Assembly (NCBI GenBank): GCA_002269645.1
Contig: NIVC01000031.1
Location: 248,001-312,000, forward strand
DNA length: 64,000 nt
Direction of reading: 5' to 3'
DNA from: Macrostomum lignano
Taxonomy: Eukaryota
Each line of letters opens with the position of its first letter. The stretch's first letter is position 1. The notes under the pieces were generated by a model that was not told where the DNA came from, made no database searches, and saw only the letters and a program-made list of their open reading frames with translations. A program made the translations under genes and the position numbers. This document shows positions 1 to 22,330 of the stretch, piece after piece.

Positions 1-2320
1 CAGATATTGTGAGTCAGAGAGTCAGATACTGTGAGTCAGAGAGTCAGATATTGTGAGTTAGAGAGTCAGATATTGTGAGTCAGATAGTCAGAAATTGTGA
101 GTCAGAGAGTCAGATATTGTGAGTTAGAGAGTCAGATATTGTGAGTTAGAGAGTCAGATATTGTGAGTTAGAGAGTCAGATATTGTGAGTCAGAGAGTCA
201 GATATTGTGAGTCAGAGAGTCAGATATTGTGAGTCAGAGAGTCAGATATTGTGAGTTAGAGAGTCAGATATTGTGAGTTAGAGAGTCAGATATTGTGACT
301 TAGAGAGTCAGATATTGTGAGTCAGATAGTCAGAAATTGTGAGTCAGAGAGTCAGATATTGTGAGTTAGAGAGTCAGAAATTGTGAGTTAGAGAGTCAGA
401 TATTGTGAGTTAGAGAGTCAGATATTGTGAGTTAGAGAGTCAGATATTGTGAGTCAGATAGTCAGATATTGTGAGTCAGATAGTCAGAAATTGTGAGTCA
501 GAGAGTCAGATATTGTGAGTTAGAGAGTCAGAAATTGTGAGTTAGAGAGTCAGAAATTGTGAGTTAGAGAGTCAGATATTGTGAGTTAGAGAGTCAGATA
601 TTGTGAGTTAGAGAGTCAGATATTGTGAGTTAGAGAGTCAGATATTGTGAGTTAGAGAGTCAGATATTGTGAGTTAGAGAGTCAGATATTGTGAGTCAGA
701 GAGTCAGATATTGTGAGTTAGAGAGTCAGATATTGTGAGTTAGAGAGTCAGATATTGTGAGTCAGAGAGTCAGATATTGTGAGTTAGAGAGTCAGATATT
801 GTGAGTCAGAGAGTCAGATATTGTGAGTTAGAGAGTCAGATATTGTGAGTTAGAGAGTCAGATATTGTGAGTTAGAGAGTCAGAAATTGTGAGTCAGAGA
901 GTCAGATATTGTGAGTTAGAGAGTCAGATATTGTGAGTTAGAGAGTCAGATATTGTGAGTTAGAGAGTCAGATATTGTGAGTTAGAGAGTCAGATATTGT
1001 GAGTTAGAGAGTCAGATATTGTGAGTTAGAGAGTCAGATATTGTGAGTCAGAGAGTCAGATATTGTGAGTTAGAGAGTCAGATATTGTGAGTTAGAGAGT
1101 CAGATATTGTGAGTTAGAGAGTCAGATATTGTGAGTCAGATAGTCAGAAATTGTGAGTCAGAGAGTCAGATATTGTGAGTTAGAGAGTCAGATATTGTGA
1201 GTTAGAGAGTCAGATATTGTGAGTTAGAGAGTCAGATATTGTGAGTTAGAGAGTCAGATATTGTGAGTCAGAGAGTCAGATACTGTGAGTCAGAGAGTCA
1301 GATATTGTGAGTTAGAGAGTCAGATATTGTGAGTCAGATAGTCAGAAATTGTGAGTCAGAGAGTCAGATATTGTGAGTTAGAGAGTCAGATATTGTGAGT
1401 TAGAGAGTCAGATATTGTGAGCTAGAGAGTCAGATATTGTGAGTCAGAGAGTCAGATATTGTGAGTCAGAGAGTCAGATATTGTGAGTCAGAGAGTCAGA
1501 TATTGTGAGTTAGAGAGTCAGATATTGTGAGTTAGAGAGTCAGATATTGTGAGTTAGAGAGTCAGATATTGTGAGTCAGATAGTCAGAAATTGTGAGTCA
1601 GAGAGTCAGATATTGTGAGTTAGATAGTCAGAAATTGTGAGTTAGAGAGTCAGATATTGTGAGTTAGAGAGTCAGATATTGTGAGTTAGAGAGTCAGATA
1701 TTGTGAGTCAGAGAGTCAGATACTGTGAGTCAGAGAGTCAGATATTGTGAGTTAGAGAGTCAGATATTGTGAGTCAGATAGTCAGAAATTGTGAGTCAGA
1801 GAGTCAGATATTGTGAGTTAGAGAGTCAGATATTGTGAGTTAGAGAGTCAGATATTGTGAGTTAGAGAGTCAGATATTGTGAGTCAGAGAGTCAGATATT
1901 GTGAGTTAGAGAGTCAGATATTGTGAGTTAGAGAGTCAGATATTGTGAGTTAGAGAGTCAGATATTGTGAGTCAGAGAGTCAGATATTGTGAGTTAGAGA
2001 GTCAGATATTGTGAGTTAGAGAGTCAGATATTGTGAGTTAGAGAGTCAGATATTGTGAGTCAGAGAGTCAGATATTGTGAGTTAGAGAGTCAGAAATTGT
2101 GAGTTAGAGAGTCAGATATTGTGAGTTAGAGAGTCAGATATTGTGAGTTAGAGAGTCAGATATTGTGAGTCAGAGAGTCAGATATTGTGAGTTAGAGAGT
2201 CAGATATTGTGAGTCAGAGAGTCAGATATTGTGAGTCAGAGAGTCAGATATTGTGAGTTAGAGAGTCAGATATTGTGAGTTAGAGAGTCAGATATTGTGA
2301 GTTAGAGAGTCAGATATTGT
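1..2320. repeat. 22-bp minisatellite (CAGATATTGTGAGT[C/T]AGAGAGT), about 105 copies, truncated by the window edge
   Basis: Unit read directly, with recurrent variants GAGTTA/GAGTCA and AGATAGTCAGAAATT. Lies upstream of the first visible RhoGEF exon, so it is probably intronic. Confidence 0.97.
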
Positions 2321-2615
2321 AGGTCACTGAGCAAAAAAGTTTCTGTTAATAAATTAAATTAACCTACATAAGCCAATGTACGTGTTTCTATTATGATAAG
2401 AGAGACTAAAACCTTAAAACTATCGAAAAAATACCCCCCCACAGAATTTCATCGGGGACGCTAAAAGCCCCGACCGGAGCCCCAATGAGTCCGGCGGCGA
2501 AGACAACGAGTAAGTGGGGTAGCTCTTGAGCCTTTTTAGTGCAAGTGCACTTGACTGCACGGCCTTCAACCTGACCCCATTGTCTCTGATATTTCCGCAT
2601 CAATTTTTATTACAG

Positions 2616-13250
<10,635 letters not shown>

Positions 13251-14430
13251 AAGACTCAAATGAGACTTTGATAAGATTCATTTGTTTTTCTAGTTTGGTT
13301 TTCATTGACAGTTTTTTTATTTTGACAATTGAAGTAAGCCTATGACCCGTCTAGTAGCCACGTGGAAAAGAATGGCAGAGCAGCACACAACGGTATATAA
13401 AGATGTCGAATTCGAGCTGCAAATGAATTTTGGCTGAATTGTGCACAGAAATTATCGTGAACATTCTGTGTGAGCGAGTGCCCTGCGTACCGCGTCCGTG
13501 TTCAGGGTGCTTAGGTTAGCGGTTAAAGACCAGTAGACATTGTGTACAGTGATAATTTACCCACTAAAATGACAAGTTGAATTCACTGTTGCGTAATGGT
13601 AAGTATGCCTGTGTAGGTGATGATATATCAGTACATGGTAATTGAAAAAGTGTAATATTTTTCCAAATTAAAGTTACCTTATAGCATGTCTACACGTAAA
13701 TATAATTGTATATGCTACCAGCGCATCGTTGTCCAGCTGTAAGTAAACTCTCTCGTAGTTGGCGCTTGACAAGTTACAAATGTCATATGTGCACTATTGT
13801 GTTTTTACAATTCATCCACCCTCCTTCATCAGCTTTTGTTTGAAAGTTTTTTATCAAAGCTATATAAAGCAATTGATATTGTGACAGATTTTTATCTACT
13901 TCATTCAATATGAACAATTGTATAAGGCGACATACACGTAACCTTCATTCCTTTAATCTGGTCTATGTACACTTGAGCACATTCATGTCAAATTGAATTA
14001 AAACTGATCGCAGGCTTCACAACTTATTGCAGTTATTTTTGTGCATTATAGTTGTGCATAGCTATAGTTAGTTCAATTAAAAATATTTGTTTTGTAAGCT
14101 TTTATTTATTTCAGTAATTCTGGTACATCGAGCAGCTATAGTTTTATTTTTCAAGCTAAAAAATTGACCTATGTCTATTCTGATCCACAACCTTTTCATT
14201 TTCTAAGAAATCTTATTGAATGCAATTAAAAACTTCGCTTAGTTTATTTCGTTTGTTACTTTGTGTATCAAGGATAGGTCTGCTTTAATTAATTTGCTCT
14301 CAGAATGTACATTCTTAACTATCTCTCGAGCTATCTAACTAGAACCTTCATGACTCATTCCCCTATGACTCATCACGGAGTGCGTAGTTCTATTGGTGCC
14401 CAACATGACTCGTGCAGTCCGATCCGATCC

Positions 14431-14902
14431 CAAGGACCACCGTAGTATACCAGAACGTAAAACTCAAATATCGTGAATTTTTTGGAGGCCAAGAATATTT
14501 TTTTCATCGTGAAAACAATGATTGCATTTGATCTGGGGCAGTGAATGAAGATTATGTAGCATGTTACTTTTTATTGAAAAATTTGATTCAGGAAGAAACA
14601 AAACTAAAAATTAAACGCATACCACTTGCGAGTATTTAACAATGCTTTGGGCCGGGGATTATACAAAAAGAAAATAATATGAAAAAAGAAACCTCTACTA
14701 CACAGATAAATAAAATAAAATAGAGTAACACCATGTTCTGCATGCTAACGTAAAAATGGTAATCTTTTAACAGCCACAGATCGAATGCAGTGGCTAAATT
14801 TCCTATCTCTGAAGTGTGTTTTTTTCAGGATTTCAGGCATTCAAAAATTATACGATATTTTAGCTTACGTCTTGTTATACAAGCGTACTACAGTGGTCCT
14901 TG
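14431..14902. mobile_element. MITE-like element with imperfect terminal inverted repeats of about 50 bp
   Basis: Left end CAAGGACCACCGTAGTA against right end TACTACAGTGGTCCTTG (1 mismatch). Inverted similarity continues inward. No target duplication is visible. Confidence 0.5.
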
Positions 14903-15914
14903 TACGATTCTATTTTTAGCATAGAAGCCACGTGACTCTTGCGTGACCTTGAATCACGTGTCATAGTTTGTGGCAGACTTATAGCCACTTGACTAGCCTG
15001 AATCATGTCACTGCCTGGTAGGTTCAAATTTAGAAATATTAATACTTATTATAACACTCACTGGGATCATTTCGGTAAGCTATATCGATAGCTATACCTT
15101 CAAAATAGATATCTGAGAGCTATTTTCTAGAATGGCCTTTGACCATACGCAACATTGAGGACTGAGAATCATTGTCTTATTAGCTCATAGGTCGTAGTTA
15201 GTTCGTAAAAACGATGAACTTGAACACGTAAGATACAGAACGTGTTGTCTAATTTTTTTAAATCGTTGTTTTAGACTTTTCAGTTCAGAATCTTATTGAA
15301 TAAATTTAAAGCTACTTTGGAAGTCAACGACAGCTTAGAAGACTTTTTAACAACTTATGACTTTAAAAAATTAGAGATCTCGAAACGTTAAAATACCACT
15401 TAAATCATCATGTATTTTAGTGTCAACAAGAAGGCTCTACAGCCATTTGTAAAATAAAAAGGATTGTGCAAATTCTGGGAAATGAACGTGATTGGCCAAG
15501 GGTTTTGTGATTTGCGTTGGTTCATTTTAAGCGTTAAATTTCAATATTATTAACACCTTATTTACTACTATAGCAGATAAAAATATAGCAGAAAGCTAAC
15601 ACAACGGTGATCAATTATCAGTATAGATTTTAGTTTCAAGTGAACGAAAAATACTTCTAAAATCGAAGTCAATTTAAAATAAAACAATAAAAGTTAAACA
15701 ATTAATAAAGAGCGCTGCAGGCCCTGAACAGCGTTCAAACCTTATTGGGACGCAAAGAGCTGGATTAAAATAATAAACTTGTTTCGGGAAGAAGGTTAAT
15801 AGTTTAAGATAGAAAAGTACATCTATAGGTGTTATCCGACCACAGAAAAAAAACAAAATAAACAGTGTGCTATACTTTGTTTACAAATAAAAAATAATTA
15901 ATTCACTGATCTTT

Positions 15915-16890
15915 TTATGTAGAGTTATTAGAATTGCTATTCGTTGCCAGGTGCTTCCGGGTGATGTAGCCGCGATAATTAGCTTGGATCTTAGTGGCCG
16001 CTTGATGGTGCACATAGTCAAAGTCTGCCTGCTGTGGGATGAGAATGCAATAATTTTTTATATTTAGCTAAAATTTATCATTACTGTTCTGTCAGCTGTT
16101 CTATCGCTAATTCTTATAGGTAAATGCGTATTACACGGCCTACAGTACCTATGAACTCGATTTCTTTGTAGCTAGTATCTAGGGTACTTAGTTACGATCG
16201 TAGGTACACTCAGGTTACGAGTAGGTACACTCAGGTTACGAGTAGGTACACTTAGGTTACGAGTAGGTACACTCAGTTTACGAGTAGGTACACTCAGGTT
16301 ACGAGTAGATAATGTAAAATCAAGTTTCGAGTAGGTACAATCAGTTTACGAGTAGATAATGTACAATAAAGTTTCGAGTAGGTACAATCAAGTTACGATT
16401 AGGTACACTCAGGTTACGAGTAAGTACAATCAAGTTGCGAGTAGGTACACTCAGTTTACGAGTAGATACAATCAGGTTACGAGTAGGTACAATCGAGTTA
16501 CGAGTAGGTACAGTCAGTTACGAGTAGGTACAATATGGTTACGTATAGGTCCAATTAGGCTAAAAATAACTAAGCCATAATTATTAAAGTCTTAGACCAT
16601 AAATCAATAATCTGACGGCGCACTACATAAGCATATAGGTAATCGATATAATTAGCTATAATTTATCCCTAAAATATAATTACCGCATTATAATCATCAT
16701 CTTGGTTAAAATCAAAGCGACTATCGTTGGCGTGTTGGCCATTTATCAGATTAGCGTCTTGGTTAGTTGGTGACGACAAATCATTGCGTTGTTGAGGCGG
16801 CGGTGATGCCAGCGGAGCTCTGTAAGTGGCGTTGCCACCTTGAGCAGAGCCATCGCCGTTGGTTAGTGCGGCGTTGCTATTGGTTGCGCG
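15915..16890 (-). CDS. Probable alternative 3' exons of the DCX-IQ gene: 16890-16684 and 16031-15915, the latter with a canonical IQ motif
   Basis: Exon 16890-16684 is a phase-0 AG/GT-bounded 207-nt open exon. Exon 16031-15915 follows acceptor ATCCCACAG and reads QADFDYVHHQAATKIQANYRGYITRKHLATNSNSNNST*. Confidence 0.7.
16195..16545. repeat. 21-bp minisatellite (GAGTAGGTACACTCAGGTTAC)
   Basis: About 16 diverged tandem copies read directly. Confidence 0.9.
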
Positions 16891-17089
16891 CTGTAAGTGC
16901 GAAGCATTAGAAATTTGCACTGCATGGCCAATTTAGCAACAAACACTGTGCGAGAGGTCTAAACTAATTGAATAGGATTATTTGATTAGCTGAGAAAGAG
17001 ACACTGTTTCTTGGATAAAGGCGGCTTAGATATGCTTCTAGAATGGAAAGATTGATGCAAGTGAAGCTTTGAAGTATTAGATTAGTAGG

Positions 17090-19085
17090 TTAATTGGGTA
17101 GGTAGAGTCAAGAAGTGGTTGGGTAGATTGGGTAGGTAGAGTCGAGAAGTGGTTGGGTAGATTGGATAGGTAGAGTCGGGAAGTCGTCGGGTAGATTGGT
17201 TAGGTAGAGTCGGGAAGTGGTCAGGTAGATTGGGTAGGTAGAGTCGGGAAGTGGTCGGGTAGATTGGGTAGGTAGAGTCGGGAAGTGGTTGGGTAGATTG
17301 GGTAGGTAGAGTCGAGAAGTGGTTGGGTAGATTGGATAGGTAGAGTCAAGAAGTGGTTGGGTAGATTGGGTAGGTAGAGTCAAGAAGTGGTTGGGTAGAT
17401 TGGGTAGGTAGAGTCGAGAAGTGGTTGGGTAGATTGGATAGGTAGAGTCGGGAAGTCGTCGGGTAGATTGGTTAGGTAGAGTCGGGAAGTGGTCAGGTAG
17501 ATTGGGTAGGTAGAGTCGGGAAGTGGTCGGGTAGATTGGGTAGGTAGAGTCGGGAAGTGGTTGGGTAGATTGGGTAGGTAGAGTCGGGAAGTGGTTGGGT
17601 AGATTGGATAGGTAGAGTCGGGAAGTCGTCGGGTAGATTGGATAGGTAGAGTCGAGAAGTGGTTGGGTAGATTGGGTAGGTAGAGTCAAGAAGTGGTTGG
17701 GTAGATTGGGTAGGTAGAGTCGAGAAGTGGTTGGGTAGATTGGATAGGTAGAGTCGGGAAGTCGTCGGGTAGATTGGTTAGGTAGAGTCGGGAAGTGGTC
17801 GGGTAGATTGGGTAGGTAGAGTCGGGAAGTGGTCGGGTAGATTGGGTAGGTAGAGTCGGGAAGTGGTTGGGTAGATTGGATAGGTAGAGTCGGGAAGTGG
17901 TTGGGTAGATTGGATAGGTAGAGTCGAGAAGTGGTTGGGTAGATTGGGTAGGTAGAGTCGAGAAGTGGTTGGGTAGATTGGATAGGTAGAGTCGGGAAGT
18001 CGTCGGGTAGATTGGTTAGGTAGAGTCGGGAAGTGGTCGGGTAGATTGGGTAGGTAGAGTCGGGAAGTGGTCGGGTAGATTGGGTAGGTAGAGTCGGGAA
18101 GTGGTTGGGTAGATTGGGTAGGTAGAGTCGGGAAGTGGTTGGGTAGATTGGATAGGTAGAGTCGAGAAGTGGTCGGGTAGATTGGATAGGTAGAGTCGAG
18201 AAGTGGTTGGGTAGATTGGGTAGGTAGAGTCGAGAAGTGGTTGGGTCGATTGGGTAGACAGAGCCGGGAAGTCGTCGGGTAGATTGGTTAGGTAGAGTCG
18301 GGAAGTGGTCAGGTAGATTGGGTAGGTAGAGTCGGGAAGTGGTCGGGTAGATTGGGTAGCTAGAGTCGGGAAGTGGTTGGGTAGATTGGGTAGGTAGAGT
18401 CGGGAAGTGGTTGGGTAGATTGGATAGGTAGAGTCGGGAAGTCGTCGGGTAGATTGGATAGGTAGAGTCGAGAAGTGGTTGGGTAGATTGGGTAGGTAGA
18501 GTCAAGAAGTGGTTGGGTAGATTGGGTAGGTAGAGTCGAGAAGTGGTTGGGTAGATTGGATAGGTAGAGTCGGGAAGTCGTCGGGTAGATTGGTTAGGTA
18601 GAGTCGGGAAGTGGTCAGGTAGATTGGGTAGGTAGAGTCGGGAAGTGGTCGGGTAGATTGGGTAGGTAGAGTCGGGAAGTGGTTGGGTAGATTGGGTAGG
18701 TAGAGTCGGGAAGTGGTTGGGTAGATTGGATAGGTAGAGTCGAGAAGTGGTTGGGTAGATTGGGTAGGTAGAGTCGAGAAGTGGTTGGGTAGATTGGATA
18801 GGTAGAGTCGGGAAGTCGTCGGGTAGATTGGTTAGGTAGAGTCGGGAAGTGGTCGGGTAGATTGGGTAGGTAGAGTCGGGAAGTGGTCGGGTAGATTGGG
18901 TAGGTAGAGTCGGGAAGTGGTTGGGTAGATTGGGTAGGTAGAGTCGAGAAGTGGTCGGGTAGATTGGATAGGTAGAGTCGAGAAGTGGTTGGGTAGATTG
19001 GGTAGGTAGAGTCGAGAAGTGGTTGGGTCGATTGGGTAGACAGAGCCGGGTAGATTGGGTAGACAGAGTCAGGAAGTGGTTGGTT
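17090..19085. repeat. 34-bp G-rich minisatellite (GGGTAGATTGGGTAGGTAGAGTCGGGAAGTGGTT), about 58 copies
   Basis: Read directly. The 34-aa periodicity of ORF 17108-18505 equals three 34-bp units. Confidence 0.97.
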
Positions 19086-19413
19086 AAGTAGAATTATAGA
19101 CGTAGATCGGTTAGGAAGTAATGGAAGTATAGAATCAAGATTAGCTACTCAAAATCTTATTTAGCTTATTCAGTCAAATTAAATACTAATCAGCAATATA
19201 CAGCAAGCAAAATTAGTGAGAAAATTTAAGTGAGAAAAGCGTGATTAATTAAAGTAATTCAGTTAACCATGTAAGCGCGAAAATCAGCGTTAAATATTTG
19301 TTAATCTTTGTTAGTTTGGGGTTTCAATTCCTCTAGCAACTGTTAATACCAGTAACCGGGAGCTGCTTGCAAAATATGAACTACGGTAGCTACGCTTTAA
19401 ATAATTCAGACCG

Positions 19414-19865
19414 TTAGTTCGGCGGCGACTGCTGCTGCTGAGGCGGCTGATTTGCACCAGAAGTCGTCGACTGCTGTTTGGAGGCCTCAGACTTGGCGGC
19501 GTCCTTCCTAGTCTTGTAGCTGTTCACCGCGGCTTGAATGTTGCCAGCGGCGGCCGCTTCTGACGGCGTCTTTTCGGGCTTGGCTGTGGCTCCTTGCTGC
19601 TGCTGGGGTTGCTGCTGCTGCTGCTGTTGAGGCGTCTTAGCGGCAGATTTTGCTACAGCCTGCTTCCTAGTCTGGTGCCCCTTGTAAGCCGACTGAATCG
19701 TTGTGGCGGCCTTGTCCAACTCCTGCGGCGTTGACTGTTGCTTCTGCTGTTGTTGCTGCTTGCCATCGTTGGCGCCAACTTTTTCAGCGGCAGATTTTCT
19801 AGCTTGGTAGCCTTTTACGCTGCTCTGAATAGTGGTGGCAGCTTTGTCTTTATCATTGCCGCTGT

Positions 19866-19897
<32 letters not shown>

Positions 19898-20061
19898 GGC
19901 TTGTTGGCCTTGGAGTTGCTCTGGTCTGGCTTCACTTCCACCGGTCTTTGGGTCACCTTCTGAGCCGCGGCCTTTCTTGTATCGAAGCCTCGAATGCTGC
20001 TCTGGATTGTTGTGGCAGCTTTGTCCTTTTCCCCTGTGCTGGCTGCCTGGACTGGCTTCTG

Positions 20062-20095
<34 letters not shown>

Positions 20096-22173
20096 GGTTG
20101 CGACTGTTGCTGCTTCTGCTGCTGCTGCTTCTGTTGTTGCTGTTGCTGCTTCTGCTGCTGCGGCTTCTTTGGAGGCTGATTAGCCTTCGAATTGTTTTTA
20201 TCCGACTGGATCTGCACGGGTTGAGCAGTCTGCTTCTCGGCAGCGGTCTTCCTAGTCTTGAAGCCTTTGACACTCGATTGTATCTGGCTAGCGGCCTGCT
20301 CTTTCTCAGCCTGAGGTGAGGATATTTAACAGCTTTTATTTCGTGCTATGGGTGAGTAACGTTTTGTTGCCATAACATTTGAGTGCGACATCAATGCACA
20401 ACAACGATTATGATATGTAATTTAAGTGCATTTTGAGTGATCATGCTACATAAGAAACGATAACTTGGCATGTCTACGATAGAACAACAAATCTAAGGAA
20501 ATTTCATTTCGACTTATAGTTAGGTAAAAAAATCAACTTTAAATTAGTGTCAAAGTGGTGAACAAAAATGCAAATTTGTTCGCTTCTAGATACGGAAAGA
20601 GCCACAACAAGGCTAAAATACAATTGCAAGACCTGATCATTGTTGGGCCAATGTGAGTTTGATTCAGCCTCATCATCATGATGAAGCCGCAGGTCAACAT
20701 GAGATGCTGATCGCTGCTCAGCATCAGCATCTGATTCATTGCCGGTTGAATCGTCGTCAAATGCTTGGAAATTGTTCGAACTCTGCGAGTCGGTATTTGA
20801 ATAAAGATTGCGTCGACCTCTTCAAATTTACGAAAAATAACAGAAACTGAAGTATGACGCAGTCATGGCCCGATTCGCTCATTTCCTGAGACGTGCACAA
20901 GACGTGCACAAGGCGAATTTGCTCGTGCCCTGCCCGAAATTAATGAAAATAATTCATGCCGTGCACGGATTCCAACTCAAAGCTTATACACTGGTGCGAC
21001 AGTTAGACAACTTGAGCACAACTGAGCTAACGAATTCGCCCCTTGCTCAGCGTTAAAAATGTACACTCAGTACTACAATCAAGTAAACGGTTTTTGATTA
21101 CCTTAGTTGGCTTTTTAGCTTGAGACTGTTGTTGCTTCGCTGGCTGATGCTGCTGCTGCTGCTGCTGCTGCTGTTGTTGCTGTTGTTGATTGTCCTTTGG
21201 TCTAAAATATGTTTTTTGTAAGATGCCGAAGCAGTGAGCTAAGAATTCAAAGTATGTATGTTCGTTATAGCTACTTTAACTATTTTGAAGCCACAGAGTT
21301 CTTAGTTTAAGATCTTCATACATTTCAAAACTTGTTGGTTACCAACGGCCTTGTGTAACTCTTACCTTCTTGAAGAATCCTTGGCAGGTGTGATTGGCTG
21401 AGCCAAGTACTTGATAGTGGACCTGCGCGGTGTTGTTGAGAACATCGAAAATTATGTAATTATCCATGAATTAGTATTTTAACGTAACAGTTCGAAATGT
21501 TTTAGTAAAATGCACAATACCATGCACGAAAGTACGAAAAACAAGCCAGTTGGCAACTAGCTACTGTTAGTAATGCATGATGTTGAAGGCAGGCTTCTAA
21601 CATATAGTTTCTGACGTCGAGGTCTTTGAGGAAGATGAAAAAACATTTTTAAAAATTTAAAAAAATGCAAGCACTACTTTTAAAGCCAAGTAAAGATGAA
21701 GTACGAAATTTCCTTTACCAAGCGTGAATGTCGCTGTAGCAATATTTTTTTAAACACAGCAGGGGGTGGGGTTCAATTTCATTAACATCTTCATAGCAAC
21801 CATGCAATGAAATTAACAACTTCATATACAAAACATTGAAGCGCGTGCTTTTTCGCAACCATGGCAACGCCAACTGGGTCAAGCTTACGTACGAAGTCGT
21901 AAAAGCATAAATAATGTCCCTAGCAGACCAGAGCTGCACGGGAGATGCAAGTTCGCATGAAAATTAATAATTCATTGACTGCCCAGAGAGCAGCCAAGGC
22001 AATCAGGGTTAATCTTGAATATCTGATGGATTCTCATTGTACTCCTCTTCATACTAAGCCAGTGCAAAATAATAAAGGTTTCTGAACAACTTTTCAAATA
22101 ATTGATTAATTAACATCTTAGGTCATACAGCCTCCGTGTGCATGACGTTTTTTTCAGAACACAACACAACACA

Positions 22174-22232
<59 letters not shown>

Positions 22233-22236
22233 CTCT

Positions 22237-22330
<94 letters not shown>

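Noticed and set aside
17108-18505. 465-aa Pro/Thr/Tyr repeat ORF
   Set aside because: It is a stop-free frame of a 34-bp array whose unit is not a multiple of three, with no splice or start context.
21787-21868. RFX X-box-like motifs in a DCX gene intron and at 25966-25979
   Set aside because: They would suit a ciliary gene, but the degenerate consensus is expected a few times by chance in 64 kb, and an equally good match lies in a MAN2C1 intron at about 40010-40023.
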